Positions 47,444 through 57,402 of a stretch of 57,403 nt of DNA are shown here, one piece after another (the first letter of the stretch is position 1; every line of letters starts with the position of its first letter). The notes beneath the pieces are model-generated. The model did not search any database and was not told the DNA's origin. It worked only from the letters and a program-made list of their open reading frames with translations. The position numbers and the translations under genes are program-made. The stretch is from an uncultured Corynebacterium sp. (GTDB lineage: Bacteria; Actinomycetota; Actinomycetes; Mycobacteriales; Mycobacteriaceae): contig NZ_CALUAK010000002.1 of the NCBI RefSeq assembly GCF_943914015.1, positions 1 to 57,403 of the forward strand, given 5' to 3'.

Positions 47444-48941
47444 GGCTTCCTCCAAAGATGCGGGAACGGTACGTATCTGAAATCTGATCGGTGAAAACGC
47501 ACCGATTTACGCGGGCTTGCCTCGCTTTACCTGTGCCCGAGTTCCACCTGACAAGCTCGGTTCCATTGGCGCGCTCCCCGTGGCGCACGCCCAGCTTGAT
47601 AAGCCCCACCACGCTGGCGAGGCCTTGCGTAGCGGGACGAGACTCAAGCACCTCCCCGATGGTCGCAACACCCCGCTCCCCCACCACGGCGTTCACGTTA
47701 GCGGTGAGCTCCTGCCAATCAATCTCCGTCTCTCGGATACGCGCGAGCAGAGCCTCCACATCGATGGACCCGGTCTCGGCCGTGACAAGGTCCTCCTCGA
47801 TCCGATAATCTGCCGGGTCATACAGCTGCCACGAGGAGATCGACTGCGGTTGCCTGGCCGTGAGCTCCAGCTCCACACCGATTCTCGCGCTGCCGGCGAT
47901 GCCCTGTTTACCCACTTTCATGGCGAGGTTCTGTGCCTCGTTGATGGCGGTGATGAGCGCCTGCTGTGACTCTGCCTCCCGCGACTGCACGAACCTGCGC
48001 AAAGAGCGCGACAGCCCCGTCATCGAGTCATGTACCTGGCCGGAAGATTCATCGAGGGTGCGCATGAGCCCACGCAGCTCCTCACGTTCTTCCATTGATA
48101 ACTTGGCCGCAAAATCACGGGACATGATGGCATCGATGACCGCATCAATTTGTGCGGAGCGCTCGCTATTGAGAAACACCTCGTAGAACCCGCGGAAGGC
48201 ACGACCTGCTTCCGAATCCTCGATGAGGTCGACCCCACGGAACACACTGTTCAGCACCTCACCGGCGTTGACTTCAGATTCCACGATGGATTCCCGCAGC
48301 TCGCTGTCCACCTTCTCCACGTCGGTGCGCATACGCGCGAAGTCCGTGGGCAGCCCCCGTGCCAGGGTCAAGACTTCCCGCGCCCGTTCCAGCGCCTCGT
48401 TCTCCGAAACGACGTTTACACCGCGTTCCCTAATGGCAGCAATGCGTGCATCGATTCTCTCCCGTTGCGCCTCCAGGCGGGCGATCGCAGCTTGCTCGTC
48501 GGGGTCGGTATCCGCAGCGAGATCGGTGAGGCTGGAGTACACAATTCCCAGCCGTGAGCCCGTGACAACCCGCTGTGGCGCGACAAGTTCCTCCACGTAC
48601 TCAAGGGCGACGTGCGCGTTGGAGGACAGCTCGTAAAATTCTTCCGTTTCCCCCTGTGGGCTGCGTCGCACGAGGTAGCCGGCCTTCACCCAGTCGCCCA
48701 CATAGGCTGCGGCTGATTTGGGCAGTTCCATCTTCGTCTGTTCGCGGATCTCCAACAGCATGGAATCGACCTGCATCAAAAGCTCACTTCCCGCCAAAGT
48801 GCGGTTATCGCCATGGAACGCCTCTTCAAGCACCGCAAGTATCGCCGGCGCGTTGGTTGCCGCCAGCAGCGACCAGGCCGGGGATTCTTCCCGCACCCGC
48901 CCCAGCTTCAAAGCATCGGCCACCGCCATCACACGACTCAT
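47436..48941 (-). CDS. jetA: Wadjet kleisin JetA/MksF (DUF3375)
   Basis: PAWSLL, W...GYL.R, TDPD, SEAGRAFRGFY, SRSLRRFVQS, QGLASVVG. Confidence 0.9.
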   Translation of the reverse strand: MSRVMAVADALKLGRVREESPAWSLLAATNAPAILAVLEEAFHGDNRTLAGSELLMQVDSMLLEIREQTKMELPKSAAAYVGDWVKAGYLVRRSPQGETEEFYELSSNAHVALEYVEELVAPQRVVTGSRLGIVYSSLTDLAADTDPDEQAAIARLEAQRERIDARIAAIRERGVNVVSENEALERAREVLTLARGLPTDFARMRTDVEKVDSELRESIVESEVNAGEVLNSVFRGVDLIEDSEAGRAFRGFYEVFLNSERSAQIDAVIDAIMSRDFAAKLSMEEREELRGLMRTLDESSGQVHDSMTGLSRSLRRFVQSREAESQQALITAINEAQNLAMKVGKQGIAGSARIGVELELTARQPQSISSWQLYDPADYRIEEDLVTAETGSIDVEALLARIRETEIDWQELTANVNAVVGERGVATIGEVLESRPATQGLASVVGLIKLGVRHGERANGTELVRWNSGTGKARQARVNRCVFTDQISDTYRSRIFGGSHG

Positions 48942-48947
48942 GATTTC

Positions 48948-48956
48948 AACTTAGCA
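48948..48956 (-). promoter_or_regulatory. Extended -10 of a putative leaderless jetA promoter
   Basis: TGcTAAGTT followed by 6 nt then ATG; no SD sequence. Confidence 0.55.
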
Positions 48957-49192
48957 AGACGCAGGCATGCAGGGAGCGGAGTTAAGAAAGATGAGCGCAA
49001 CTCCCCTCCCATTATCTGATGAGATAATCCTGAAGAGCTAAACTCCGGCAACAAGTACATAGCCCAGTGATCACCACCAAATCATCACCCTGATTTAGTT
49101 ACCAACCGATCACACGAGAACTAACCACAGAGCTTAAGGGCTGATTTACCAATACCTAGCTTTCGACATCCGCTTTCCGGAGATGCATACCG

Positions 49193-52100
49193 CTACAGAA
49201 GTTGGGATTCTGATTCTACTTCAATATCAATTTGATTCTTTTTAGCCTGATAACGGAGTTCGAGGTAAACAAGATCGGATATCTCCTTGATGATCTGGTC
49301 TTTTCTGTAGGCGCTTTCGAAGAACTTGTCCATGATTAGGCTCTGGGCATCTTGATGGTCCAACACGGCGTTAGTGACAGCATTCTCAATTGTTTGCGAC
49401 TCCCGGAATTGCTCCTTAGTGTTCGCCTTGACCTGATCCTGGATTTCATCGTTTTGCACAAGGATAGTGACCACGCCTTGCACCCACGAGTCCACGGAGC
49501 TCGGGTCGAAGTCTTCGTCTTCAAAGAGCGTATTAATGTTTTCCAGGATTTCTCGCCAAGCTACCATGTGTGGATCACGCGAATGTCCACCACCAACCCC
49601 CATAGGCTTGAGCTTTTCTCCATCGCCCATGAGCGGTATGGCGCCCTCACTCTTTCGAGTTTGTTTAATGTGAGTCAACTCAATGCTGGTGAAATCGATT
49701 TCCTCGGGAGTTTGGCGTCCGGTTAAGCGGGGCTTAAGCAGGCGAAGGAAAAGCGCCAGTTTTTCAAGATCGGTGTCCTGATAGTCAATGATCTGAGACA
49801 AGAAATCATAGAGTCGTACAAAGGAGCCGACATCTTTGCGGAACAGATCAAGCTCATCAAGTTCGGCTTTGTTGTGATCCATGCTCCCAGCAACATAGCG
49901 GTCATTGAACCTGTCTGCCGCTCGTTTCAGCGGAGCGGTGTGCTTCCCGTGCGCCTTGTCGATGATGAATGCCTGGGCAAACGCCTCTACTTCATCCCGG
50001 GTGTATATTTCTGCAATTTCCAGCTTTCTCGCTAGATCGTGCACAAGATCGGGGTCAGTAGTTTCGATGATCTCAGCGGTTCGGTAATAAGGCAGGAACG
50101 ACTGCAGAATAGTGTCCGCGTCGTTGACGAAATCCAGGATGAAGGTAGTGTCCTTCCCCAAAGAAGGCAAGGTGCGGTTGAGCCGGGACAGGGTCTGGAC
50201 CGCCTCAATGCCATCAAGGCGCTTGTCCACATACATCGCGCACAGCAGCTGCTGATCGAAGCCGGTTTGGTATTTGTTTGCCACGATCAACACTTGGTAT
50301 TGGTCGCCTGCGAAGGCCTGCGGGATACTTCGCCCGCGCAAGCCGGGATTCATATTGGCCTCAGTATACGGCTCTTGCACTCCGGGCACCGTGCCCTCAA
50401 TTTGCTCGTCGGTCAAACTCCCGGAGAAAGCGACCAGGGTGCCGAGCTCGTAATCATGCTTTGCAATGTAGGAATCAATCGCCATTTTGTATTTCAGTGC
50501 TGCCACACGGCTCGATGTAACCACCATCGCCTTGGCATTTCCGTCGAGCAGACGGGCAACATTTTCACGGAAATGTTCGACGATGATCTGTACCTTCTGG
50601 GCAATGTTCGTGGGGTGAAGTCTCACCCAGCGCATCAGGCCTTTCGTCGCAGTGCTCTCATCTACCAGTTCGTCCTCGCCCGCGTTTTCGCCGGCCCTTT
50701 GTGCGAGTTGGAAAGCAGTCTTGTACGTGGTGTAGTTGCGCAGCACGTCCAGGATGAAGCCTTCTTCGATGGCCTGCTGCATGGTGTACACATGGAAAGG
50801 CAACGGCTTACCGTCCGGACCGGGACGTCCGAACATTTCTAGAGTCTTTCCCTTCGGAGTTGCGGTAAAAGCGTAGAAGGAGACATTGTGGGTATTTGCC
50901 CGTGCTGTCATCTCTGCAGCAAGCACATCCTCTACACTGACCTCGCCGCCTTCCTCGAGAGCTTCTACCTCTGCTTGGGACAGCACTTGACGTAGCTTCT
51001 GCGCGCTCGTCCCGGTCTGAGAAGAGTGTGCTTCGTCCGCAATCACCGCGAACTTTCGATCAGCGAGCCCGCCCTGCTCAGCAAGGGTGTCAAGCACAAA
51101 CGGGAATGTCTGTAACGTGACAATGATGATTAATTTGCCACTAGTAAGCTCTTTGGCGAGTAACGCAGATTTGGAAGAAGCTGAGGCTTTTCTCACCTCG
51201 TCTGCGTTGATGGTGCCAACAACTCCCTTTGTCCCCTCGATAGACTTGATAGCCTTCTGGAGTTGATCATCAAGCACGGTTCGGTCAGTGACCACAACGA
51301 CTGAGTCGAACGTTTTCGTGTTGTCACTGTTGTGCAGGTTGGCCAGCCCGTGTGCTAACCACGCAATCGAATTTGTCTTGCCTGATCCTGCAGAGTGCTG
51401 AATCAGGTACCTCTGACCCGGCCCTTCCTGTTGAGTGGCCTCCAACAAATTTGTTACGGCCTCCCACTGGTGAAAACGCGGGAAGATAATTTGCTTGCTG
51501 CGTTCGCGGGCACCTGTAACCGGATCAACCTTCTCGATGATCTGCAGATTTACAAATCTCTCCAGAATCTGCAACCAATTGTCACGCTGAAGCACTCGCT
51601 CCCACAGGTACGAAGTCGCAGCGCCATGCGGGTTCACAGGGTTACCCGCACCGCCGTTGTTCCCGATGTTGAACGGCAAGAACACAGTATTTGCGCCGTC
51701 GAGTTTCGTGGTCATCTGGATCTCGTCGTTTGATACCGCAAAGTGCACTAGCGCTCGGGAACCGAACTTTAGCAGGGGCTCACCTTGTGGTATCCGATCT
51801 TTGCGATACTGGCGTACTGCGTCATCAACGCACTGGGTGTTATCGGTCTTCAGTTCAGCTGTTGCGACAGGTAATCCATTGACGAAGAACACCAAATCAA
51901 TAGCATCTTTCGGGTGCTTCTTGGAGTGATGGACCTGCCGTACCACTCGCAACCGGTTGCTTTCGTAATTGCGCTGCGCGACTGGGTTCATAGATGTCGC
52001 AGGCTTGAACGCGCACATATCGAACTTAGCCGGCGTCTTCCGGAATCCGCCACGCAGCACTGAGAGCATTCCGCCACCATGCTCGAGGGGCTGATCAAGG

Positions 52101-52342
52101 GTTTTTACGAGGCGATCAAGAATCAGACTCTTTACAGAGTTCACTTCCGGCGGCGAGAAATCCTCGGAAATAACACGCGCCCATTGATCAGACTGTGTTG
52201 TCTGCAACCAAGCAAACACATCCTCTGGTATAAGCGCCAACTCCTGGTCATAGCCAGCAAAGCCTTCCTCATAAAGCCATCCATGCGCACCAAGGTACGA
52301 GCAGATCTCAGTCTCGAAACTCTTCTCGTGCTGAACACCCAT
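49193..52342 (-). CDS. hsdR: Type I restriction endonuclease subunit R
   Basis: Nuclease DLVFFVNGLP..TAELK, QHSAGSGKT, DEAH, FTATP, TGFD, QTLSRLNR. Confidence 0.96.
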   Translation of the reverse strand: MGVQHEKSFETEICSYLGAHGWLYEEGFAGYDQELALIPEDVFAWLQTTQSDQWARVISEDFSPPEVNSVKSLILDRLVKTLDQPLEHGGGMLSVLRGGFRKTPAKFDMCAFKPATSMNPVAQRNYESNRLRVVRQVHHSKKHPKDAIDLVFFVNGLPVATAELKTDNTQCVDDAVRQYRKDRIPQGEPLLKFGSRALVHFAVSNDEIQMTTKLDGANTVFLPFNIGNNGGAGNPVNPHGAATSYLWERVLQRDNWLQILERFVNLQIIEKVDPVTGARERSKQIIFPRFHQWEAVTNLLEATQQEGPGQRYLIQHSAGSGKTNSIAWLAHGLANLHNSDNTKTFDSVVVVTDRTVLDDQLQKAIKSIEGTKGVVGTINADEVRKASASSKSALLAKELTSGKLIIIVTLQTFPFVLDTLAEQGGLADRKFAVIADEAHSSQTGTSAQKLRQVLSQAEVEALEEGGEVSVEDVLAAEMTARANTHNVSFYAFTATPKGKTLEMFGRPGPDGKPLPFHVYTMQQAIEEGFILDVLRNYTTYKTAFQLAQRAGENAGEDELVDESTATKGLMRWVRLHPTNIAQKVQIIVEHFRENVARLLDGNAKAMVVTSSRVAALKYKMAIDSYIAKHDYELGTLVAFSGSLTDEQIEGTVPGVQEPYTEANMNPGLRGRSIPQAFAGDQYQVLIVANKYQTGFDQQLLCAMYVDKRLDGIEAVQTLSRLNRTLPSLGKDTTFILDFVNDADTILQSFLPYYRTAEIIETTDPDLVHDLARKLEIAEIYTRDEVEAFAQAFIIDKAHGKHTAPLKRAADRFNDRYVAGSMDHNKAELDELDLFRKDVGSFVRLYDFLSQIIDYQDTDLEKLALFLRLLKPRLTGRQTPEEIDFTSIELTHIKQTRKSEGAIPLMGDGEKLKPMGVGGGHSRDPHMVAWREILENINTLFEDEDFDPSSVDSWVQGVVTILVQNDEIQDQVKANTKEQFRESQTIENAVTNAVLDHQDAQSLIMDKFFESAYRKDQIIKEISDLVYLELRYQAKKNQIDIEVESESQLL

Positions 52343-52353
52343 CACAGTTCTCC

Positions 52354-53556
52354 TTAAACTTCGATCTGGCCTGTAACGGCAGCGGTAATCAATGCTGAGC
52401 GGCGCTCCTGCAAGAGTGAAATAGCCTTGTTACAACGCTCTACTAGGATGTCTGCTTCTGCTGTTTTTTTGCGATTTTCTCCTACTAAACGATCCTGTAT
52501 GTCCCTAGGAGGAACCAAGGACGAGAGCCGGAGAAACACCTCTGGATACAACCTTAAGCGGGATTCCCAAATCCCACGCGAATTCGCCTTCATCAATCTT
52601 ACGTAGGCGGCAGTTCGGTACATACAGTCGAAGAACATGGGGTTGACTGAATCCAAGTCTCTGAAACGATACACGTCATACGCGGGACTCACTATTCCTT
52701 CGTACTTAGAAACGCCGAGTGCACCCATCCATGCCCACATGGTATTGATGACCAGTTCGTTTTTCGCGACAAGTTTGTAACCGACAGTTGACTCGGCCTC
52801 AAACATCGTTACATTCTTCATATATCGCGGAGTCACGCCCGTTATATGACTGACTGACAACAGTTCTTCGTTGCCGGTCTCAGTTCGTCCGTCGACATGT
52901 TCGAAGATGTGCCGGTTCCGACGTACCTTCCAACCATCAGGAGGCTTAAAGAATGGGTCATAATCCGCTCCACCCCAGAAAGAACGTTCACGCCACACCT
53001 GCAAGCGCAACATCGTGAGATCAATCAGTTCTCGTTGCTTGGTAATCAGGTGATCGATCTTCGCCGTCTCCGCATCGAGAAAACGGACGATTCGTTCTTG
53101 TTCACCCAGTTCCGGGACTTTGATTGGGAACTCTGCCAGCACGGTCGCCGAGAGCTCTTTAAAAGTGGTGCCATTCGCCACTGCTTCTAGGGCACTTGTT
53201 TTATTATTTAAAGAGAATTGAAGGAATGCCGGAATAATTCTCGTTGTATCTGGCACCAGTGCTTTACACCCCTGGCTAAACGCAACTTGTTCGTCCAATA
53301 AGACTGTGTAGCCGATCGGAGCACGAATCGACAACAGGACACTCGCCCTGGGAGCGATAGTAGATCCTGAGACAACACCAACTGGAGACAAAGTTCGTTC
53401 TGTGCTCTTTAAATGACTGCCACTTACCAGTCGCAAATCTTTAGGCGTAGCGAAAGGTACGTCACCGTTCCAAAATTCAGGTGACGTGCTAGGGGTTCCG
53501 CCTCCGAGAATTCGAGTTAATCGGCGCAATGGTAGCTCCGCGAAATGCCCTGACAT
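52354..53556 (-). CDS. hsdS: Type I specificity subunit S
   Basis: Two TRDs with conserved helices P...EQERIV.FLD..TAKID and LLQERRSALITAAVTGQI; visibly AT-richer. Confidence 0.93.
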   Translation of the reverse strand: MSGHFAELPLRRLTRILGGGTPSTSPEFWNGDVPFATPKDLRLVSGSHLKSTERTLSPVGVVSGSTIAPRASVLLSIRAPIGYTVLLDEQVAFSQGCKALVPDTTRIIPAFLQFSLNNKTSALEAVANGTTFKELSATVLAEFPIKVPELGEQERIVRFLDAETAKIDHLITKQRELIDLTMLRLQVWRERSFWGGADYDPFFKPPDGWKVRRNRHIFEHVDGRTETGNEELLSVSHITGVTPRYMKNVTMFEAESTVGYKLVAKNELVINTMWAWMGALGVSKYEGIVSPAYDVYRFRDLDSVNPMFFDCMYRTAAYVRLMKANSRGIWESRLRLYPEVFLRLSSLVPPRDIQDRLVGENRKKTAEADILVERCNKAISLLQERRSALITAAVTGQIEV

Positions 53557-55337
53557 TATTCTGTCACCTCACTGAGCAGTTCAAGGATTTCTTGAGTCAC
53601 CTCGTGAAGTTCTGCATCAATTTCTTCCAGTGGTCGCGGCGGCTCGTATCGATAGAAGTAGCGGGTAAAGGGGATTTCGTAGCCGATCTTGGTCTTCTTC
53701 TCGTCGACCCAGGCATCGGGCACGTATGGTTTTACTTCTGCTTCGAAGTACGCATTGATGGTTTCCTTTCGCCCTTCGTCGGCTTTGGTGTTGACGTTGT
53801 AGGTAAAGGGCACGCGCTCGGTATCACGCAGGCTCGTGTCCGGTTGTTTCTTTCCGCGGGTGTTAGTGATGATTTTTCCGTCATCGTCGCGTTGTGGTCG
53901 CTCAACGGTGATAGTCCAGTAGGCGAATTCTTCGATTGGGATAATCTTGCAAAGTTCACTTTCCTCATAGTCGGCGTAGAGCTGCACGATCGTGGCACGG
54001 TTAGTTTCAGTGATCTCTCGGCCCTTATCGCCGAGTTTCTTGCGCATTTTGGCGTAGAACTCGGTTGCATCGATGAGTTGGACTTTGCCTTGGCGTTCTT
54101 CTGGCTTGTTATTGTCCACAATCCAGATGTATGTAGCGATGCCGGTGTTGTAGAACATGTCGGTTGGCAGCGCGACAATCGCATCAACGAGGTCGTGCTC
54201 AAGAAGCCACTTGCGGATATTTGACGGGCCAGATCCTGCTGCACCGTTGAACAGCGGTGAGCCGTTCATGACGATACCGCCACGGCCCCCACCCTTTACT
54301 TTGGGGCGTAGCTTGCTGACCACGTGCTGGAGGAAGAGCATTTGCCCATCGCTGATAGACGGAACATTCTGCTTGGGTTTCGCACCACCGGCGTAAAAAC
54401 GTGACGATTCGCCGAGTTCTTTCAGCTCGTTTAGGACGGCACTTTGGCTGGCCTTCCAGTCATCGCCGTAGGGAGGGTTCGACATGCAGTAGTCAAAGGT
54501 CTGACCAGCAAACTTATCGTCGGCGAGGGTGTCTCCGAGCTGGATGTTACTGGGGTCATATCCCTTAATTAGCAAGTCGGACTTACACACCGCATAAGAC
54601 TGATCATTTACTTCTTGGCCATAGAGACGCAGCTGAGCTTGTGGGTTAAGTCCCGGCTTTTCGCTACTGCCGATGAGGTGTTCCTCCGCGATAGATAGCA
54701 TTCCGCCTGTACCGACCGTGGGATCATAGATGGAGCGGATCGTCCCGGGAACGGAGAGCGCTTCGTCGTCTCCGGCGAAGACGAGATCAACAAGGAGCCG
54801 GATTGCGTCACGCGGTGTGAAGTGTTCACCAGGCGCCTCGTTGGATGATTCGTTGAAGGTACGGATCAGGTATTCGTAGAGGTCCCCCATCTCAGCGTTA
54901 CTGACGGTATCGGGATGTAAATCGATATTCGCGAAGCGCTCGACCACGAGATAAAGGATGTTCTTTTCCGCCATTGTGCTGATCTCATCGGCAAGCTTGA
55001 ATCGTTCAAAGACATCCATGATGTCCGAGAAACCGTTGACGTACTGTTTCAAATTAGCCTCAAGGCCCTTCGGATCCCCCAGTAGGGTATGGAGTGTCCA
55101 AGGGCTCGTGTTATAGAAGGGCAAACCCGTGGCCCGTCGGACCTGTGCAGCCAATAACTCGGGATTCTCACTAAAGCGTGCAACTAGCGGTTCGATGGTG
55201 TCTTGAGAACCGGCGAGCACACAATCGAGTCGACGAAGGATGGTCATTGGAAGGATGACATTGCCATACTGACTGGCCTTGTATGGACCACGCAGAATGT
55301 CGGCTGTACCCCAAATAAATGATCCAAGTTGGCTCAT
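53556..55337 (-). CDS. hsdM: Type I DNA methyltransferase subunit M
   Basis: IW..ADILRG, GEHFTPR, YDPTVGTGGML, NPPY, FYNTGIATY, IGYEIPFTRYFY. Confidence 0.96.
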   Translation of the reverse strand: MSQLGSFIWGTADILRGPYKASQYGNVILPMTILRRLDCVLAGSQDTIEPLVARFSENPELLAAQVRRATGLPFYNTSPWTLHTLLGDPKGLEANLKQYVNGFSDIMDVFERFKLADEISTMAEKNILYLVVERFANIDLHPDTVSNAEMGDLYEYLIRTFNESSNEAPGEHFTPRDAIRLLVDLVFAGDDEALSVPGTIRSIYDPTVGTGGMLSIAEEHLIGSSEKPGLNPQAQLRLYGQEVNDQSYAVCKSDLLIKGYDPSNIQLGDTLADDKFAGQTFDYCMSNPPYGDDWKASQSAVLNELKELGESSRFYAGGAKPKQNVPSISDGQMLFLQHVVSKLRPKVKGGGRGGIVMNGSPLFNGAAGSGPSNIRKWLLEHDLVDAIVALPTDMFYNTGIATYIWIVDNNKPEERQGKVQLIDATEFYAKMRKKLGDKGREITETNRATIVQLYADYEESELCKIIPIEEFAYWTITVERPQRDDDGKIITNTRGKKQPDTSLRDTERVPFTYNVNTKADEGRKETINAYFEAEVKPYVPDAWVDEKKTKIGYEIPFTRYFYRYEPPRPLEEIDAELHEVTQEILELLSEVTE

Positions 55338-55581
55338 CAGTTTTCTTCCTTCTCGTCACTAGCGGGTGACCTTTGCCTTTCAGGTCAGGACCTGGAAAAC
55401 AGGCTCAAGAAATGAGTCTAACTGGTCGGTGAGGGGTCATTTCACGCGAGGGTGTTGCTTTCCGGGATTTAGACACAACGAAAAAGCAAATAGAGGTGTA
55501 GCTGATACGCTCGCGCACGTGGATGCCTGTTTCCTCCTCGTCGAGCACGGCCGGTGTCATGTCGGCGTAGCTGACAAACGA

Positions 55582-55683
55582 CTCACCGAGCCGGGGCACA
55601 GCCTTCAGCCCGTCATCGGCGCGATGAAGACGTGGGGCGCGAGCTACAAAGAAAACCGCACGCACGAGGCGTCGAGAAGTTAG
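55582..55683 (+). pseudogene. Probable C-terminal remnant of an HxlR-family winged-helix regulator
   Basis: LTEPGHSLQPVIGAMKTWG resembles the HxlR C-terminal LT..G..L.P....M..WG motif; no HxlR N-terminus upstream. Confidence 0.55.
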
Positions 55684-55690
55684 AAACAAG

Positions 55691-55715
55691 AAAACCCCGC
55701 CCTAACGGACGGGGG
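55691..55715 (-). terminator. Terminator after ahpD
   Basis: AAAA-CCCCG.CC-taac-GG.CGGGG. Confidence 0.6.
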
Positions 55716-55764
55716 ACGTCGCGAGCCACGACGTAGACATTACGAAGTGAACGTGAAGCAGCCG

Positions 55765-56289
55765 TTATTTGGTCGACTCAATGAACAGAGCCTGGGCAAC
55801 ACCCTGGAGGGTGGCGGCCACCTTGACAGCCTCCCACACCTGGGACTCCTTGAGGCCCTCCTCGCGGACGGTGTGCTCGTGGGCAGCGGTGCACTTACCG
55901 CAGCCGTTGATCACGGAGACGGCGATGTTCCACAGCTCAAAGTCAACCTTGTCCACGCCGGGCTTGGCCATACCGTTTTGGCGAAAGCCCATGCGGATGG
56001 TGGCGTACTCGTCCGGGAGAAACTCCTGGGCGCGGTAGGCCACGTTATTCATCCCCATGATGGAGGCGGACATGGAGGCGGCGTTCATAGCCTCCTCGGA
56101 CAGGTGCTCCGCTGCTTCCTCACGGATTTCCTTGAGCACCTGGGCGTTGCGCGTTGCCGCAGCGGCCGCCAGCATGGAACCCCACAGCTGCTGCTCGCTC
56201 AACTCCTTCGAACGGGTCAACGAGCTGAGATTCAGCTTGAGATCCTTCGCGTACTCGGGCAGCGCGTTCTTGAGGTTATCAATTGCCAT
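55765..56289 (-). CDS. ahpD: Alkyl hydroperoxide reductase AhpD
   Basis: [30 protein letters not shown]. Confidence 0.95.
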   Translation of the reverse strand: MAIDNLKNALPEYAKDLKLNLSSLTRSKELSEQQLWGSMLAAAAATRNAQVLKEIREEAAEHLSEEAMNAASMSASIMGMNNVAYRAQEFLPDEYATIRMGFRQNGMAKPGVDKVDFELWNIAVSVINGCGKCTAAHEHTVREEGLKESQVWEAVKVAATLQGVAQALFIESTK

Positions 56290-56293
56290 TACG

Positions 56294-56890
56294 TTACTTC
56301 AGCTCTTCCTTCAGCACATCCATCTTGTCAATGTTCTTGGTGGGATCATTGGCCTCCCAGTTGCAGGCACAAACTTCCTCGGACTGGAGGGCGTCGAGGA
56401 CACGGAGGACCTCGTCTACGTTGCGGCCAACAGCATCCGGGGTAGCGGAAACGAACTGGATGATTCCGTCCGGATCAACGATGAAGGTTGCTCGATCAGC
56501 AACACCATCAGCGTTCTCCACACCGAGAGCGCGAATGAGCTCGTGTTTGATATCGGAAATCATCGGGAACGGGATGGACTTGAGGTCCTTGTGGGTTGCA
56601 CGCCACTGGAAGTGTGCGAACTCGTTATCGATGGAGCCACCGATGATCTGTGCATCGCGGTCCTGGAACTCCTTGTCGAGCTCACCGAAGGCTGCAATCT
56701 CGGTGGGGCAAACGAAGGTGAAGTCCTTGGGGTAGAAGAAGACGACGAGCCACTTCCCACGGAAGGAGTCGTTGGAAATCTCCTCAAAGTAGTCCTCGGG
56801 CTTGCTAGCGTTGACCTCGTGCAGGTCACCGCCCTTGAGTGCGGTGAGCTTAAACTCGGGGAACTTATCTCCAATAGTCAAAAGTGCCAT
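56294..56890 (-). CDS. ahpC: Peroxiredoxin AhpC
   Basis: [27 protein letters not shown]. Confidence 0.96.
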   Translation of the reverse strand: MALLTIGDKFPEFKLTALKGGDLHEVNASKPEDYFEEISNDSFRGKWLVVFFYPKDFTFVCPTEIAAFGELDKEFQDRDAQIIGGSIDNEFAHFQWRATHKDLKSIPFPMISDIKHELIRALGVENADGVADRATFIVDPDGIIQFVSATPDAVGRNVDEVLRVLDALQSEEVCACNWEANDPTKNIDKMDVLKEELK

Positions 56891-56946
56891 GTGCGTCTCT
56901 CCTTAGAAACTAGAACTGTGGAGTGCCGTTTTTGCCTCCGTAACCC

Positions 56947-56975
56947 TTTATACACACATTCATAACCACCGTCAA
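56947..56975 (-). promoter_or_regulatory. Putative sigma-A promoter of ahpCD
   Basis: TTGACG-17 nt-TATAAA on the minus strand with an AT-rich upstream tract. Confidence 0.5.
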
Positions 56976-57095
56976 GAGGCCAAGAAAATAGGTCTCAGGA
57001 TTTTATTTGGTTTTGGTTATTATGCTGGAGTACTTCTCTCCAATAACACCTAAGCTACACATCCCCACCGGTATGAGATCAAGGTAGACACACGC

Positions 57096-57131
57096 AAAAG
57101 GCCACCACAGCACAAATGCTGTGGCGGCCTT
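57096..57131 (-). terminator. Terminator after clpC
   Basis: AAAAGGCCACCACAGCA-caaa-TGCTGTGGCGGCCTT. Confidence 0.85.
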
Positions 57132-57189
57132 GAACATCAAGATCATTCATGCCTGCGACGGCACCATAGCGCGCTCAATCTGAGCGCAA

Positions 57190-57402
57190 CTACTCCTCGC
57201 TCTCAGCAGGCTCTTCTGCAGCTTCTTCCACTCCCGGCAGCGGCTTCGGGCGTGGCGTGAAGGTGAAGGTGGCCTTGTCCGTGTCCTCGGACTCGCCGTC
57301 CCAACCATCGACGTCGACGGTGACGATCTCGCCGGCACCGACCTCGCCGTAGAGGATCTTCTCGGAGAGAGCATCCTCGATCTCGCGCTGGATGGTGCGG
57401 CG
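57190..57402 (-). CDS. clpC: ClpC ATPase C-terminus (partial)
   Basis: RRTIQREIEDALSEKILYGEVGAGEIVTVDVDGWDGES...FTFTPRPKPLP; stop TAG at 57190. Confidence 0.9.
   Translation of the reverse strand, partial: RRTIQREIEDALSEKILYGEVGAGEIVTVDVDGWDGESEDTDKATFTFTPRPKPLPGVEEAAEEPAESEE

Noticed and set aside
48938..49060. 40-aa minus-strand ORF overlapping the jetA start (ATGA)
   Set aside because: No SD or recognisable features, and it runs through the likely jetA promoter; probably chance
54465..54485. NPPY motif in HsdM as a sign of m4C methylation
   Set aside because: NPPY also occurs in ordinary m6A Type I enzymes such as M.EcoR124I, and only one hsdM is present
41672..55765. att sites, integrase, IS ends or an hsdS shufflon bounding the island
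   Set aside because: No recombinase, flanking direct repeat or extra hsdS copy found by eye
4708..56965. Many long antisense or alternate-frame ORFs (e.g. 6999-8165, 13697-15058, 19170-20999, 22645-24075, 32991-34217, 56057-56965)
   Set aside because: Shadow ORFs of real genes, caused by high GC3; no motifs and they fully overlap well-supported CDSs
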